DNA of 64,000 nucleotides from Acidiferrobacterales bacterium (GCA_046760105.1 JBHIDJ010000006.1:3197-67196), one strand, 5' to 3'; positions 1 through 12,383 are shown, counted from the stretch's first letter. Notes: a model not told the origin generated them from the sequence alone. Numbers and translations: made by a program.

Positions 1-1
1 C

Positions 2-676
2 AAACATCTCGGCATCGAGCGCTGGCTGTTGTTTGGTGGATCCTGGGGCTCAACCCTGAGCCTGGTTTACGCCGAAACCCATCCCGAGCGGGTATTGGGC
101 CTGATCTTGCGCGGCATATTTCTGTGTCGCCCGCAGGAAATCCACTGGTTTTACCAGGACGGTGCCAGCCGGATCTTTCCTGACCACTGGCAGGAGTTCA
201 TCGCGCCCATCCCCAAAGACGAGCGAAACGATCTCTTGCGCGCGCATTACCGCCGGCTAACTGGGGATGACGAGATCGCACGTATGGCCTCTGCTAAAGC
301 CTGGTCTTTGTGGGAGGGACATACCGTCACCCTGCGGCAAAATCCGGCGGTATTGGAGTTCTTCGGATCACCGCACACGGCGCTTGCACTGGCGCGAATC
401 GAGGCGCATTACTTCATTAACAACGTCTTTCTGGGGGCTGATCAAATCCTAGGTGACGCTGACCGACTAAGAGGCATCCCCGGCATCATCGTTCACGGGC
501 GCTACGACATGGTATGCCCCTTGGAGAATGCCTGGGATCTTCATCATGCGTGGCCGGCTGCGCGCCTGGACATCATCTCCGATGCCGGGCACGCGGCCTC
601 CGAACCCGGGATTGTTAACGCCCTCGTGCTCGCCGGTATCGAAATGGCGCGGCTGTTGACTCGCGGCAGGCGTTGA
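2..676 (+). CDS. pip: proline iminopeptidase (alpha/beta hydrolase), 5'-truncated by window edge
   Basis: Frame is open from nt 2 (KHLGIERWLLFGGSWGSTLSLVYAETHPERV). GGSWG nucleophile elbow and C-terminal DAGHAASEPGI are typical of prolyl aminopeptidases. Stop TGA at 674-676. Confidence 0.8.
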   Translation, partial: KHLGIERWLLFGGSWGSTLSLVYAETHPERVLGLILRGIFLCRPQEIHWFYQDGASRIFPDHWQEFIAPIPKDERNDLLRAHYRRLTGDDEIARMASAKAWSLWEGHTVTLRQNPAVLEFFGSPHTALALARIEAHYFINNVFLGADQILGDADRLRGIPGIIVHGRYDMVCPLENAWDLHHAWPAARLDIISDAGHAASEPGIVNALVLAGIEMARLLTRGRR

Positions 677-1506
677 TGTCGGTCTTCGCCATTGGCGATG
701 TGCAAGGCTGTTTCGATGCGCTGCAGGCGCTGCTGGCAAGAATTCGCTTCGATCCGTCAGGCGACAGGCTTTGGTTCACCGGCGATCTCGTCAATCGCGG
801 CCCACAATCGGCGGACGTCGTGCGTTTAGTCATGGGGCTCGGCAAACGCGCGATTAGCGTGCTTGGCAACCACGATCTGCATCTACTGGCGGTAGCGGCC
901 GGCAACACGCGCCTCGGGCGACACGACACGTTGCGCGACGTCCTCGAAGCCGACGACCGTCAACAACTGCTTGGTTGGCTGCGGCGCCGACCGTTGCTGC
1001 ATCACGATGCGGCCCTCGGCCTTACGCTGGTACACGCCGGATTGCTCCCAGAATGGGATCTTGCCAAGGCCCAGACCCTCGCGCGCGAGGTCGAGACCGT
1101 ACTGCGTGGCCCTGACTACTGCCAGTTCCTCAACCGCATGTACGGCAACCGACCGGACCGCTGGGAAGAAAGCCTCACCGGCTGGGATCGATGGCGGCTC
1201 ATCGTCAATGCCTTCACTCGCCTGCGCTATTGTGATCCCAACGGGCGTATGAACCTCGCACCGGTGGGGGCACCGGGCTCGCAGCCCGATCATTTGGTGC
1301 CCTGGTTCCAGGTGCCGACGCGCCGCAGTCGCGAGTCAACGATTATCTTTGGTCATTGGTCAACCTTGGGCGTTTGGCGGGAAGACGGGGTGATCGCACT
1401 CGATACAGGGTGCCTGTGGGGCGGTTCGCTAACAGCAGTCAAACTGAATAGTGGCGAGCTGGAGTTCTTTAGTGTGCCGTGCGCGCAAGCGCAAACGCCG
1501 GAATGA
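676..1506 (+). CDS. apaH: bis(5'-nucleosyl)-tetraphosphatase, symmetrical (ApaH)
   Basis: MSVFAIGDVQGCFDALQALL, GDLVNRGPQS and GNHDLHLL metallophosphatase motifs. ATG 676 overlaps the pip stop (TGATG); a TTG at 673 is an alternative start. Confidence 0.9.
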   Translation: MSVFAIGDVQGCFDALQALLARIRFDPSGDRLWFTGDLVNRGPQSADVVRLVMGLGKRAISVLGNHDLHLLAVAAGNTRLGRHDTLRDVLEADDRQQLLGWLRRRPLLHHDAALGLTLVHAGLLPEWDLAKAQTLAREVETVLRGPDYCQFLNRMYGNRPDRWEESLTGWDRWRLIVNAFTRLRYCDPNGRMNLAPVGAPGSQPDHLVPWFQVPTRRSRESTIIFGHWSTLGVWREDGVIALDTGCLWGGSLTAVKLNSGELEFFSVPCAQAQTPE

Positions 1507-1577
1507 TCAATGGTTGGTAAGAACGCGTCTCGTCCACCGATGCAACGCAGCCTCCCCCGCTGCCCGGTTCATCACCA

Positions 1578-1961
1578 ATGATAGATCGCGGAAAATATAG
1601 CATGGATGTTTCCGTGCAAATTGCCTATCTGCCGGAGCACTCGGCGCCCGAGCAAAACCGCTACGTGTTTCGCTATACCATAACCATCGCCAACACTGGC
1701 ACGGTGCCTGCGCGGCTGCTAACACGCCACTGGATCATTACAGACGCCAACGAGAAGGTTCAGGAAGTGCGCGGAGAAGGCGTCGTGGGCCATCAGCCCT
1801 ATCTCGCGACAGGCATGACCTTCGAGTACAGGAGCGGCACCGTGATCGAGACCCCGGTGGGGACCATGCGCGGCAGCTACCAGATGGTCGCGGCTGATGG
1901 AGCGACCTTTGACGCGGAGATACCCGAGTTCGTGTTAAGCATGCCGCGCACATTGCATTAA
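1578..1961 (+). CDS. apaG: ApaG (DUF525) protein
   Basis: VSVQIAYLPEHSAPEQNRYVFRYTITIANTG...LLTRHWIITDANEKVQEVRGEGVVGHQP is the typical ApaG core. The start may be the internal ATG at 1602. Confidence 0.88.
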   Translation: MIDRGKYSMDVSVQIAYLPEHSAPEQNRYVFRYTITIANTGTVPARLLTRHWIITDANEKVQEVRGEGVVGHQPYLATGMTFEYRSGTVIETPVGTMRGSYQMVAADGATFDAEIPEFVLSMPRTLH

Positions 1962-1970
1962 TCTCGAGAG

Positions 1971-2063
1971 TCGTGAACCGTTAACCGTGAGTCGGAAAGC
2001 GTAAAGCGTGTAGATTGCGCGTCGTCGACTTGCCCCTCACGACTAACGATTAACGACTAACGA
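1971..2063. repeat. heptamer-array inverted-repeat element, TCGTGAA/..TAACGA family, copy 1
   Basis: 93 nt stay in one 7-nt register: tcgtgaa ccgttaa ccgtgag tcggaaa gcgtaaa gcgtgta gattgcg cgtcgtc gacttgc ccctcac gactaac gattaac gactaac ga. The first six units are xCGTxAx and the last four are their reverse-complement type. The element starts 10 nt after the apaG stop and ends flush with the gyrB stop (2064). Confidence 0.85.
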
Positions 2064-4502
<2,439 letters not shown>

Positions 4503-4605
4503 TTACGGGGAAAACGTCCTATTTTACCATCACTCGTGTCTTTAGACGCTAAAACACTTATATATATAGGTGCTCGCCGGCAAAAAACAACGGTAGCGCT
4601 TGCTG

Positions 4606-5694
4606 CTAGACATTGTGACCGGGATCCAGGCGCCCATGTTCCACGTGAAACACCGTGTGTGCCCGCCAGCCGGTGGTGTCGATGGCTTGCGGCTCCATTG
4701 CGGTTGCGAAGGTTTGCACACCCAGCCGTGCCATCACTGACAGCAAACGTGCACACCGTTGCGCATCGAGCTCGCCGGGAAGATCATCTAACAACAACAA
4801 ACAGCGGCGGCCGCTCTCGCGCATAAAGAGCTCGACATGGGCCAACAACAAGCTAATCACCACTAGCTTCTGCTGCCCGTGTGAAGCCGTCTCCCGCAAT
4901 GGTAGCTGATCAACGTAGACCTCCAAATCGGCCCGTTGGATGCCCGCGTGGGTAAACCCGGCGGCATAGTCGCGGGAGCGGTCATCCGCGAGCGCCGCAG
5001 CCAGGCACTTCTCTGATGGCCAGCCAGGCCGCAATTGCACGTGTACGTGCGCCTCATCAAGCAGCAGTCCCACATAGTAGGCAATACGCTCGTTCCAGGG
5101 CATTTGGTGCCGCTGCCGTAAGGCGTGTAGCTGTTCGCCTACTGTCGCGAGCGCTTGATCCCAACTGGCGAGCGCCCCCGTCGCCACGCCTTCGCGCAGC
5201 GCCGCGTTGCGCTGCCGTAGTATCCGTTGGTAGCGCGACCACAGCGGGTAGAAGTGGGGTTCCACGTGGAACAGCCCCCAGTCGAGCACACCGCGTCGGT
5301 GCTTAGCATTGTGGGTGAACAGGTGGCGCGTATCGGGCATCACCAGCTGCAAAGGCAGTGCCTGCGCAAGCGTACTCGCACTCTCGCTAGCCTCGCCGTT
5401 GACTTTGATGCGGCGCGCTCCCTGCGTACGCTCAACCCCTAGCAGGATCTCGTCGCCGCCTTCTGTCGACCCACGCCCATGCACTGTGAGGGGTCCGGCG
5501 GCACCGCGCCGGAGCAACTGACTCACGCTGCTGCTGCGGAACGAGCGGCCCCGACCGAGAATATGGATTGCCTCAAGCAGGCTCGTCTTGCCGCTGCCGT
5601 TGGGACCACAGATGACATTGAGGCCAATACTGGGCGCAAGGGTTACCTGCTCTAGGATGCGGAGGTTGTGAACCTCTAGCAAGGTGAGCGCCAT
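4606..5694 (-). CDS. recF: DNA replication and repair protein RecF
   Basis: 362 aa. N-terminal LEVHNLRIL...GPNGSGKTSLLEAI Walker A and C-terminal LLLDDLPGELD. Canonical dnaA-dnaN-recF-gyrB order. Confidence 0.95.
   Translation of the reverse strand: MALTLLEVHNLRILEQVTLAPSIGLNVICGPNGSGKTSLLEAIHILGRGRSFRSSSVSQLLRRGAAGPLTVHGRGSTEGGDEILLGVERTQGARRIKVNGEASESASTLAQALPLQLVMPDTRHLFTHNAKHRRGVLDWGLFHVEPHFYPLWSRYQRILRQRNAALREGVATGALASWDQALATVGEQLHALRQRHQMPWNERIAYYVGLLLDEAHVHVQLRPGWPSEKCLAAALADDRSRDYAAGFTHAGIQRADLEVYVDQLPLRETASHGQQKLVVISLLLAHVELFMRESGRRCLLLLDDLPGELDAQRCARLLSVMARLGVQTFATAMEPQAIDTTGWRAHTVFHVEHGRLDPGHNV
4637..4652. other. parS centromere-like site (ParB binding)
   Basis: TGTTCCACGTGAAACA fits the 16-bp parS consensus TGTTNCACGTGAAACA at all specified positions. 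Lies inside the recF 3' end, origin-proximal, with parAB in the same window. Confidence 0.6.
5258..5273. other. second parS-like palindrome
   Basis: GGTTCCACGTGGAACA matches the fully palindromic variant TGTTCCACGTGGAACA at 15 of 16 positions. Lies inside recF. Confidence 0.4.
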
Positions 5695-5725
5695 GGGTAC
5701 AGCGGTGTTGCCCTGCCATGCGCCT

Positions 5726-6826
5726 TCACAAGCGCATGGGCATGACGACGTAGCGCGTATCTTGCTTGCCCGGTGCCTGTAACGTGCAGCTGCTATTGGC
5801 GTCGTTCATAGCGAGCTGTACTTCTTCCCCTTCAAGGCCATTGATGGCATCAATAACATAGTTCACATTGAAACCGATCTCGACGTCCTCCCCTTCATAG
5901 CCGATCGGCACGGCCTCCTCGGCCTCTTCCTGCTCTGGGTTGTGTGCAGTGATCGTGAGATTCCCCGACTGTATAGTGAAGCGTACACCACGATACTTTT
6001 CATTCGCCAAGATGGAGGCGCGTGTTAGTGCCTCACGTAGTACGCCGCGGTCCACGCGGATGATTTTTTGATAGGCGGCCGGTATCACTTGGTTATAGTC
6101 TGGGAAACGTCCGTCGATTAACTTCGCTGTCAGCGTAATGTCCTTGGCGCGCACCTGTGCGTGATTATTGCTCAGCCGTGCCTCCACTTCTTCCGGGGCA
6201 TTGCTAAGAAAACGCACCATCTCTAATACACCTTTGCGCGGCACAATAGCCTGTCGATCACCATCCTGCCCTGTCCCTAAACTAAACTCACTAATACCCA
6301 TGCGGTGCCCGTCGGTTGCGACCGCCCGCACCCGTGCCCCACTCAGTTCCAGTAATACGCCATTTAAGTAGTACCGGACATCTTGGTGTGCCATACAAAA
6401 CTGGGTGCGTTCTAGCAGCCGCTTCAGCGCTTCCTCTGGCAGCTTAAACGTGACATCCCACCCTCCGACCTCCACGTTGGGAAAATCTGCCACAGGCAAC
6501 GTCAGCAGGGTGAATCGGCTCCTGCCTGAGCGAATCACGACTCGCTCACCTTCTTGTTTGATCTCTAACTCAGCGCCACCCGGCAGCGCTCGGCATATAT
6601 CAAAGAGCTTGCGCGCAGGAATGGTTACCGCGCCCCCCTCGGCTGCGCCGGCGTTCGTTGTCGCCACCACCTCAATCTCCAGGTCGGTGCCTGTGAGCTG
6701 CAGTCCCGTCCCGTTTGACTGCACCAATATATTCGAGAGGATCGGCAACGTTTGCCGCCGCTCGACGACACCAGCAACGTGGCTTAGCGGTTTGAATAAA
6801 TCATCGCGATTGATGCGAATCTCCAT
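5726..6826 (-). CDS. dnaN: DNA polymerase III beta sliding clamp
   Basis: MEIRINRDDLFKPLSHVAGVVERRQTLPILSNILV...VMPMRL. Start moved to ATG 6826; the track ORF is extended 9 codons upstream. Confidence 0.96.
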   Translation of the reverse strand: MEIRINRDDLFKPLSHVAGVVERRQTLPILSNILVQSNGTGLQLTGTDLEIEVVATTNAGAAEGGAVTIPARKLFDICRALPGGAELEIKQEGERVVIRSGRSRFTLLTLPVADFPNVEVGGWDVTFKLPEEALKRLLERTQFCMAHQDVRYYLNGVLLELSGARVRAVATDGHRMGISEFSLGTGQDGDRQAIVPRKGVLEMVRFLSNAPEEVEARLSNNHAQVRAKDITLTAKLIDGRFPDYNQVIPAAYQKIIRVDRGVLREALTRASILANEKYRGVRFTIQSGNLTITAHNPEQEEAEEAVPIGYEGEDVEIGFNVNYVIDAINGLEGEEVQLAMNDANSSCTLQAPGKQDTRYVVMPMRL

Positions 6827-6853
6827 CAGCACATGTACCTCGGTTAAACACAA

Positions 6854-7087
6854 TCATATTACAAAAGGTTTTTATATATTTTATAGTAACTACAATTAGT
6901 GCTGTTGATATGTCTATAAAGCTAGCTATGCATTATCAGGCAAGGCGACCCGGCATTGAAAGCCTGTGAACAAGCTTGTGTTTACACAGTGTGTTTCCTG
7001 TGACAGAGGCCGGGTGGGGTTTGTATGACTATGGGACAATTGTCATTATGCACAGGGAATCTACAGGGCTGTGTTCTGATCTAGTTG
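6854..7087. promoter_or_regulatory. dnaA-dnaN spacer: AT-rich tract plus DnaA-box-like 9-mers (dnaN promoter and/or oriC candidate)
   Basis: AT-rich stretch at about 6850-6935 (ttacaaaaggtttttatatattttatagtaactacaattag). TTATGCACA (7046-7054) fits the relaxed box TTWTNCACA. TGTGAACAA (6965-6973) has 2 mismatches to TGTGGATAA. Confidence 0.3.
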
Positions 7088-8425
7088 TTACGTAGTCAAT
7101 ATCTTTATGAGGTTCTCATAGTCCTCTTTAGCACGGACATCGCTGGTAACCAGTGTGTTGATCTTACGGCATGCGTGCAGCACCGTTGTGTGGTCACGCC
7201 CACCGAACGCATCACCAATCTCTGGGAGGCTGTGATTCGTAAGCTCCTTGGCGAGCGCCATTGCCATTTGCCGTGGTCGTGCTACCTGTCGGGAGCGGCG
7301 CTTTGAGTGTAAGTCTGACACCCGTATCTTGTAGTATTCGGCGGCCGTCTTCTGAATGTTGTTGATCGTGACTAGCCGCTCCTGAAACGCGAGCAAGTCC
7401 TTCAGGCTTTCGCTGGCGAGCTCTACGTTAATCATGCGGCCAGTGAAATCTGCATTAGCCATAACACGACGGAGCGCGCCTTCAAGCTCACGTACATTTG
7501 AACGCACACGCTTGGCAATGAAGAAGGCAACCTCGCCTGGTAGCGTCGCACCGTCACTTGCCGCCTTCTTTATGAGGATAGCAACCCGCGTTTCCAGCTC
7601 CGGTGGCTCGATCGCAACCGTCAGCCCTGACCCGAAGCGCGATATTAATCGTTCGGCGACCCCGATGAGGTCTTTCGGGAAGCGGTCTGCGGTAATGATA
7701 ACCTGACGTTGACCTTCCAGTAAGGCATTGAAAGTATGGAAGAATTCCTCCTGAGAGCGCTCCTTGCGCACGAAGAATTGGATGTCGTCGATGAGCAGTG
7801 CATCGAGTGAGCGGTAGAATCTCTTGAACTCATTGATGGCATTGTGTTGTAACGCTCGGACCATGTCCGCCACGAAACGCTCCGCGTGCACGTAGGCAAC
7901 ATCCGCCCTAGGCTTACAGTGCAGCATCAGGTTTCCCGCTGCTTGCATAAGGTGGGTTTTACCCAACCCGACACCCCCGTAGATGAACAGCGGGTTGTAC
8001 GCTCCACCCGGGTTTTCGCCAACCTGGTTTGCAGCGGCGCGCGCAAGCTGATTGGACTTACCCTCGACGTGGCTCTGGAACGTGAACTCTGGGTTTAGCC
8101 GGCCGACTACAGGCACGGCCTTATTGCCCACGCTCGCCGTGCGTGTTGCAATCGGTGTTGCATTCGCCAGTGCCCGCTCTTGACCACCGACCTCCACATA
8201 CACGCTCACGCTGCCAGCGGCGTCGTACTGTGTCGCGAGCTCGGCGATACGTTCCATGAACCGCTCCCTTACCCAATCCATCACAAAGCGGTTGGGTGCT
8301 AGCAACCGCAACACACGCTCTTCTTTTATTGCTTGCAGTGGACGGATCCATGTGTTGAATTGTTGGGTAGGTAGCTCCTCCTCTAACCGCGCTAGGCAGT
8401 TTGTCCACAAGGCTGGATGTGTCAT
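7088..8425 (-). CDS. dnaA: chromosomal replication initiator DnaA
   Basis: [19 protein letters not shown] Walker A, LLIDDIQF, and C-terminal [27 protein letters not shown]. Start set to ATG 8425 ([19 protein letters not shown]); the track ORF extends 19 codons further. Confidence 0.96.
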   Translation of the reverse strand: MTHPALWTNCLARLEEELPTQQFNTWIRPLQAIKEERVLRLLAPNRFVMDWVRERFMERIAELATQYDAAGSVSVYVEVGGQERALANATPIATRTASVGNKAVPVVGRLNPEFTFQSHVEGKSNQLARAAANQVGENPGGAYNPLFIYGGVGLGKTHLMQAAGNLMLHCKPRADVAYVHAERFVADMVRALQHNAINEFKRFYRSLDALLIDDIQFFVRKERSQEEFFHTFNALLEGQRQVIITADRFPKDLIGVAERLISRFGSGLTVAIEPPELETRVAILIKKAASDGATLPGEVAFFIAKRVRSNVRELEGALRRVMANADFTGRMINVELASESLKDLLAFQERLVTINNIQKTAAEYYKIRVSDLHSKRRSRQVARPRQMAMALAKELTNHSLPEIGDAFGGRDHTTVLHACRKINTLVTSDVRAKEDYENLIKILTT

Positions 8426-8607
8426 GGGCGTTGTTCTGTTAGTTGTGGGGGGGCGAGAGTCTATCGCCAAACTCGTGTGCAATCTACATGTCGAAAGCTA
8501 CTCTAATGGATACAAGCATTTGCGTTTGTCAGTAGTTGACAAACCTGCGTTCAAGGCATTAACGTTGCGCCCCGCTTGCAGTAAGGAAGCGTTTAAGACC
8601 GGCACCG

Positions 8608-8742
8608 ATGAAAAGAACGTATCAACCAAGCGTTTTAAAACGCAAACGCAACCACGGGTTTCGGGCGCGCATGCGCACAGCGGGCGGTCGTGCAGTGCTT
8701 AATGCGCGTCGCGCGAAGCGCCGCTCACGCCTGAGCGCCTAA
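8608..8742 (+). CDS. rpmH: 50S ribosomal protein L34
   Basis: Absent from the ORF track because it is 44 aa. ATG 8608 gives [44 protein letters not shown], with stop TAA at 8740-8742. Canonical position upstream of rnpA. Confidence 0.95.
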   Translation: MKRTYQPSVLKRKRNHGFRARMRTAGGRAVLNARRAKRRSRLSA

Positions 8743-8754
8743 CCTTTTTGGCAC

Positions 8755-9123
8755 GTGCCGGCGCGCGCCCGCGAAGGGCTACCCAAATCATATCGTCTGC
8801 TGCAGCCGTCGGCGTTCACATCCGTGCTGCGTCGTGGCTGTAAAAAGCGCGATGGTTATTTTACTGTGCTTGTGGTGCGGAACACGCTGGCACATCTACG
8901 CGTAGGCTTAGTGGTATCGCGTAAGGTGTCGTCGAGGGCGGTCGTGCGTAACAGGATCAAACGTCAAATACGCGAATCGGTTCGTCACCATCAGCCAGAG
9001 CTGAAAGGCCTTGATCTCGTCGTTATCGCCCAGCCGCAAGCGGCACGTGCGGAAGCTTCTGCGCTGCGGGCATCGCTTCGGCAGCACTGGATCAGTATCA
9101 TAGAAAAATGCGGCAAGCCCTAA
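8755..9123 (+). CDS. rnpA: ribonuclease P protein component
   Basis: [17 protein letters not shown]...[28 protein letters not shown] (RNase P protein RNR motif). GTG start, exact start uncertain. Confidence 0.9.
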   Translation: MPARAREGLPKSYRLLQPSAFTSVLRRGCKKRDGYFTVLVVRNTLAHLRVGLVVSRKVSSRAVVRNRIKRQIRESVRHHQPELKGLDLVVIAQPQAARAEASALRASLRQHWISIIEKCGKP

Positions 9124-9356
9124 TACGCATCGTGCGCGGCTATCGCTATTTTATCAGCCCACTACTGGGGCCACGCTGCCGCTTCTATCCGACATGTTCC
9201 GAGTATGCGCTGACCGCCATCGAGGCGCACGGGGTGTGCAAAGGTGTGCGGCTTGCGTGCTGGCGCCTGCTGCGTTGCCACCCCTGGCACTCGGGGGGCT
9301 ACGATCCTGTGCCTGCAGGCACGTCGTGCAACGAACACAAGGCAGGCCATGGATAA
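9108..9356 (+). CDS. yidD: membrane protein insertion efficiency factor YidD
   Basis: [58 protein letters not shown] is the full YidD signature. Overlaps the rnpA end and the yidC start. Confidence 0.92.
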   Translation: MRQALIRIVRGYRYFISPLLGPRCRFYPTCSEYALTAIEAHGVCKGVRLACWRLLRCHPWHSGGYDPVPAGTSCNEHKAGHG

Positions 9357-11019
9357 CACGCGTTTCTTGCTGATTATCGCGCTCGCGATCATCATATTCT
9401 TGATTTTCCAGGCGTGGCAAGAGGAACAACGTCGGGCGGCTGAGCCGCCCGAGATCGCGACAGCGCCCGCCACCCCGGATGCGCCGGATGCGCCCAAGCC
9501 CCCGGCGGCTGAGACACCGGTACCAGCCCCACCTGCGGTGGAGGAGCGACCCACGAAGGCACCCGAGGCACCGCCCACCCGCATCGAGACGGGCGCGCAA
9601 ATTACGGTGGTGACGGATGTGGTCGAGGCGGTCATCGATACCGCCGGCGGCGATCTGCGCGAGCTCAAGTTGCGCAAGTACCCGGTGTCGGTCGATAAGC
9701 CGGATGAGCCCTTTGTGCTGTTGGAGAGTGCCGGCAAACATATCTATGTCGCGCAGTCGGGGCTCATCGGCCTCGATCGGGAGTATCCCACTCACAATAC
9801 GCGTTACCAGGCAGAAGCAAGCCGTTATGTACTGGCTAAGGATGCGGATCGGGTGCAAGTGCCGCTGCGCTGGCAGGCACCCGATGGCGTGCGCTACACG
9901 AAGCTCTATACCTTTCACCGCGACAGCTACGTCGTCGATGTGGAGTTCCTTGTCGAGAACACCGACGCCGGGCCCTGGGAGGGGCATCTCTACCGTCAGT
10001 TCCGCCGGCGATATATCGATCCCAAGCGCGGCTGGTTGGCACTGCCCACATACACCGGTGCCGCCATCTACACGCCCGAGGATAAGTACGACAAGATCTC
10101 TTTCGGCGACATTCGCGACGAGCCGCTGGAACGCGACGTGACCGGTGGTTGGGTCGCGATGTTACAGCACTATTTTGTGGGTTCGTGGATGCCGGCAGCC
10201 GACGAGCGCAACCGCTTTTACACGCTGGCGCTCGCGGACGACAACTACACCGTGGGCCTGAAGCAATTAACGCCAACCACCGTGGCGCCGGGCGCGAGCG
10301 GCCGGTTAAAGACAACGATCTACGCTGGCCCCAAAGAAACCCGTCGTCTGACGCGGCTGGTGGAAGGCATGGAGCTTACCGTCGACTACGGCTGGCTTAC
10401 CGTCATATCGGCGCCGCTGTTCTGGTTGCTCCAGTACATTCACGGCTGGGTTGGGAACTGGGGCTGGGCGATCGTCGTGCTCACTTTTATCATCAAGCTC
10501 GTGTTCTATCCCTTGTCAGCCGCGAGCTACAAGTCGATGGCGCACATGAAACGGGTGCAGCCAAAGCTGCAGAGCCTGCGGGAACGCTTCGGTCATGACA
10601 AGCAGCGCATGAACCAGGCGATGATGGAGCTTTACAAGAAAGAGAAGATCAACCCGCTAGGCGGCTGTCTGCCGATCGCGATCCAGATCCCGGTGTTTAT
10701 CGCGCTTTACTGGGTGTTGCTCGAGAGCGTCGAGCTGCGCCAGGCGCCCTTCATTCTCTGGATCACGGATCTAAGTGTTCGGGATCCCTTATTCGCCTTG
10801 CCCCTGATGATGGGCGCGACCATGTTTATTCAGCAGAAGCTGAATCCTCCTCCCCCGGATCCGATGCAGGCAAAGGTCATGATGGCCTTGCCGTTCGTGT
10901 TCACGGTGTTCTTCCTGTTCTTTCCCGCGGGACTGGTGCTTTACTGGCTGGTTAACAACATCCTCTCAGTCGCCCAACAGTGGCAGATCACACACATGAT
11001 CGCGGCCAAGGCAAAATAG
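9349..11019 (+). CDS. yidC: membrane protein insertase YidC
   Basis: [25 protein letters not shown]-terminal TM, a long periplasmic domain, and the C-terminal core [19 protein letters not shown]...[20 protein letters not shown]. Start set to ATG 9349; the track ORF carries 35 extra codons. Confidence 0.95.
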   Translation: MDNTRFLLIIALAIIIFLIFQAWQEEQRRAAEPPEIATAPATPDAPDAPKPPAAETPVPAPPAVEERPTKAPEAPPTRIETGAQITVVTDVVEAVIDTAGGDLRELKLRKYPVSVDKPDEPFVLLESAGKHIYVAQSGLIGLDREYPTHNTRYQAEASRYVLAKDADRVQVPLRWQAPDGVRYTKLYTFHRDSYVVDVEFLVENTDAGPWEGHLYRQFRRRYIDPKRGWLALPTYTGAAIYTPEDKYDKISFGDIRDEPLERDVTGGWVAMLQHYFVGSWMPAADERNRFYTLALADDNYTVGLKQLTPTTVAPGASGRLKTTIYAGPKETRRLTRLVEGMELTVDYGWLTVISAPLFWLLQYIHGWVGNWGWAIVVLTFIIKLVFYPLSAASYKSMAHMKRVQPKLQSLRERFGHDKQRMNQAMMELYKKEKINPLGGCLPIAIQIPVFIALYWVLLESVELRQAPFILWITDLSVRDPLFALPLMMGATMFIQQKLNPPPPDPMQAKVMMALPFVFTVFFLFFPAGLVLYWLVNNILSVAQQWQITHMIAAKAK

Positions 11020-12383
11020 AATCCGCTTTGCCGATTCCCGCACGCGACACCATTGCTGCCGTCGCCACGCCGCCGGGGCGTGGCGGCATCGCGATCGTGC
11101 GCGTGTCCGGGCCCGCAGTGCGTGCCGTCGCCGAGGGGCTCGTCGGCCAGCTGCCGCGCCCGCGCTACGCGGTTTATGGTGCATTCGAGGATGCCTGCAA
11201 GCGCCCGATCGACAAGGGCATTGCATTGTTCTTTCCGGCGCCCGGTTCCTTCACCGGCGAGGACGTGCTGGAGCTCCACGGCCATGGTGGTCCGGTGGTC
11301 ATGGACATGCTGCTCAAACGCGTGCTGCAGCTCGGGGCCCGCATGGCACGTGCAGGCGAGTTTTCCGAACGCGCGTTTTTAAACGGCAAGCTCGACCTGA
11401 CGCAGGCTGAAGCCGTCGCCGATCTTATCGAAAGCAGCTCCGAAAGCGCGGCACGTTCCGCGTTGCGTTCGCTCGAAGGGCAATTCTCCAGGCGCGTGCA
11501 TGCGATCGTCGAGCAGCTTATCGAACTGCGCACCTATGTCGAGGCATCGATCGATTTTCCTGAAGAGGAGATCGACTTTTTGTCCGATCACAAGCTGTCG
11601 CGCGATCTCGTGGCAATACTGCAGGGGCTCGATGATCTACTTGAGTCGGCGCGCCAGGGCTGCTTGCTGCATGACGGTATGACGATCGTGTTGGCGGGCC
11701 CACCTAATGCCGGCAAGTCCAGCCTGCTGAATCGGCTCGCACAACACGATGCAGCGATTGTCAGCCGCACACCGGGCACGACCCGGGATGTCCTGCGCGA
11801 ACGCATCCAAATAGACGGCATGCCGGTACATGTATTGGACACCGCGGGTCTGCGCGATTCCACCGGTGAAATCGAAACCGAGGGCGTACGCCGCGCACGC
11901 GCCGCGATGGAACACGCCGACCGGGTGTTGCTCGTGATCGATGACGACATCGCGGATGAAAGCTCGGTGCAAACGCTCATACAGCAGCTTCCGCAGCCGG
12001 TGACCTATACATTGATCCGCAACAAGATCGACCTCAGTGGCCGCCCGCCGGGCGAGTGTGACAACACCGCTCAGACAGAGCTCGCACTGTCAGCCAAGAC
12101 CGGGGTTGGCCTCGACGACTTGCGCCAACATATGAAAAAGACGATGGGATTTCAGGACGCCGGCGAAGGGACGTTTATCGCCCGGCGCCGGCACCTGGAC
12201 GCACTTGCGCGTGCGCGCCGGCATGTACGGGCGGGGCAGGAGCAGCTAGAGCACGCACGCGCCGGCGAGTTGGCGGCCGAGGAGTTGCGCCTCGCCCAGC
12301 AAGCGCTTAACGAGATCACTGGTGAGTTCACCACCGAGGATCTGCTCGGCCGCATCTTCGCGAGTTTTTGTGTTGGCAAGTGA
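10980..12383 (+). CDS. mnmE: tRNA modification GTPase MnmE
   Basis: DTIAAVATPPGRGGIAIVRVSG, GPPNAGKSSLLN (G1), DTAGLR (G3), C-terminal FCVGK. GTG 10980 overlaps yidC by 40 nt; TTG 11028, just after the yidC stop, is an alternative start. Confidence 0.93.
   Translation: MADHTHDRGQGKIESALPIPARDTIAAVATPPGRGGIAIVRVSGPAVRAVAEGLVGQLPRPRYAVYGAFEDACKRPIDKGIALFFPAPGSFTGEDVLELHGHGGPVVMDMLLKRVLQLGARMARAGEFSERAFLNGKLDLTQAEAVADLIESSSESAARSALRSLEGQFSRRVHAIVEQLIELRTYVEASIDFPEEEIDFLSDHKLSRDLVAILQGLDDLLESARQGCLLHDGMTIVLAGPPNAGKSSLLNRLAQHDAAIVSRTPGTTRDVLRERIQIDGMPVHVLDTAGLRDSTGEIETEGVRRARAAMEHADRVLLVIDDDIADESSVQTLIQQLPQPVTYTLIRNKIDLSGRPPGECDNTAQTELALSAKTGVGLDDLRQHMKKTMGFQDAGEGTFIARRRHLDALARARRHVRAGQEQLEHARAGELAAEELRLAQQALNEITGEFTTEDLLGRIFASFCVGK

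Noticed and set aside
9244-9348. N-terminal extensions of track ORFs: yidC +35 codons, uvrD +58, dnaA +19, the DUF2914 gene +57, thiE +37, and others
   Set aside because: The extensions are low-complexity, overlap upstream genes or lack SD. Conserved N-termini (for example MDNTRFLLI for YidC and MDVTDIIGALNAEQRDAV for UvrD) begin at internal ATGs, several of which have good SD sequences.
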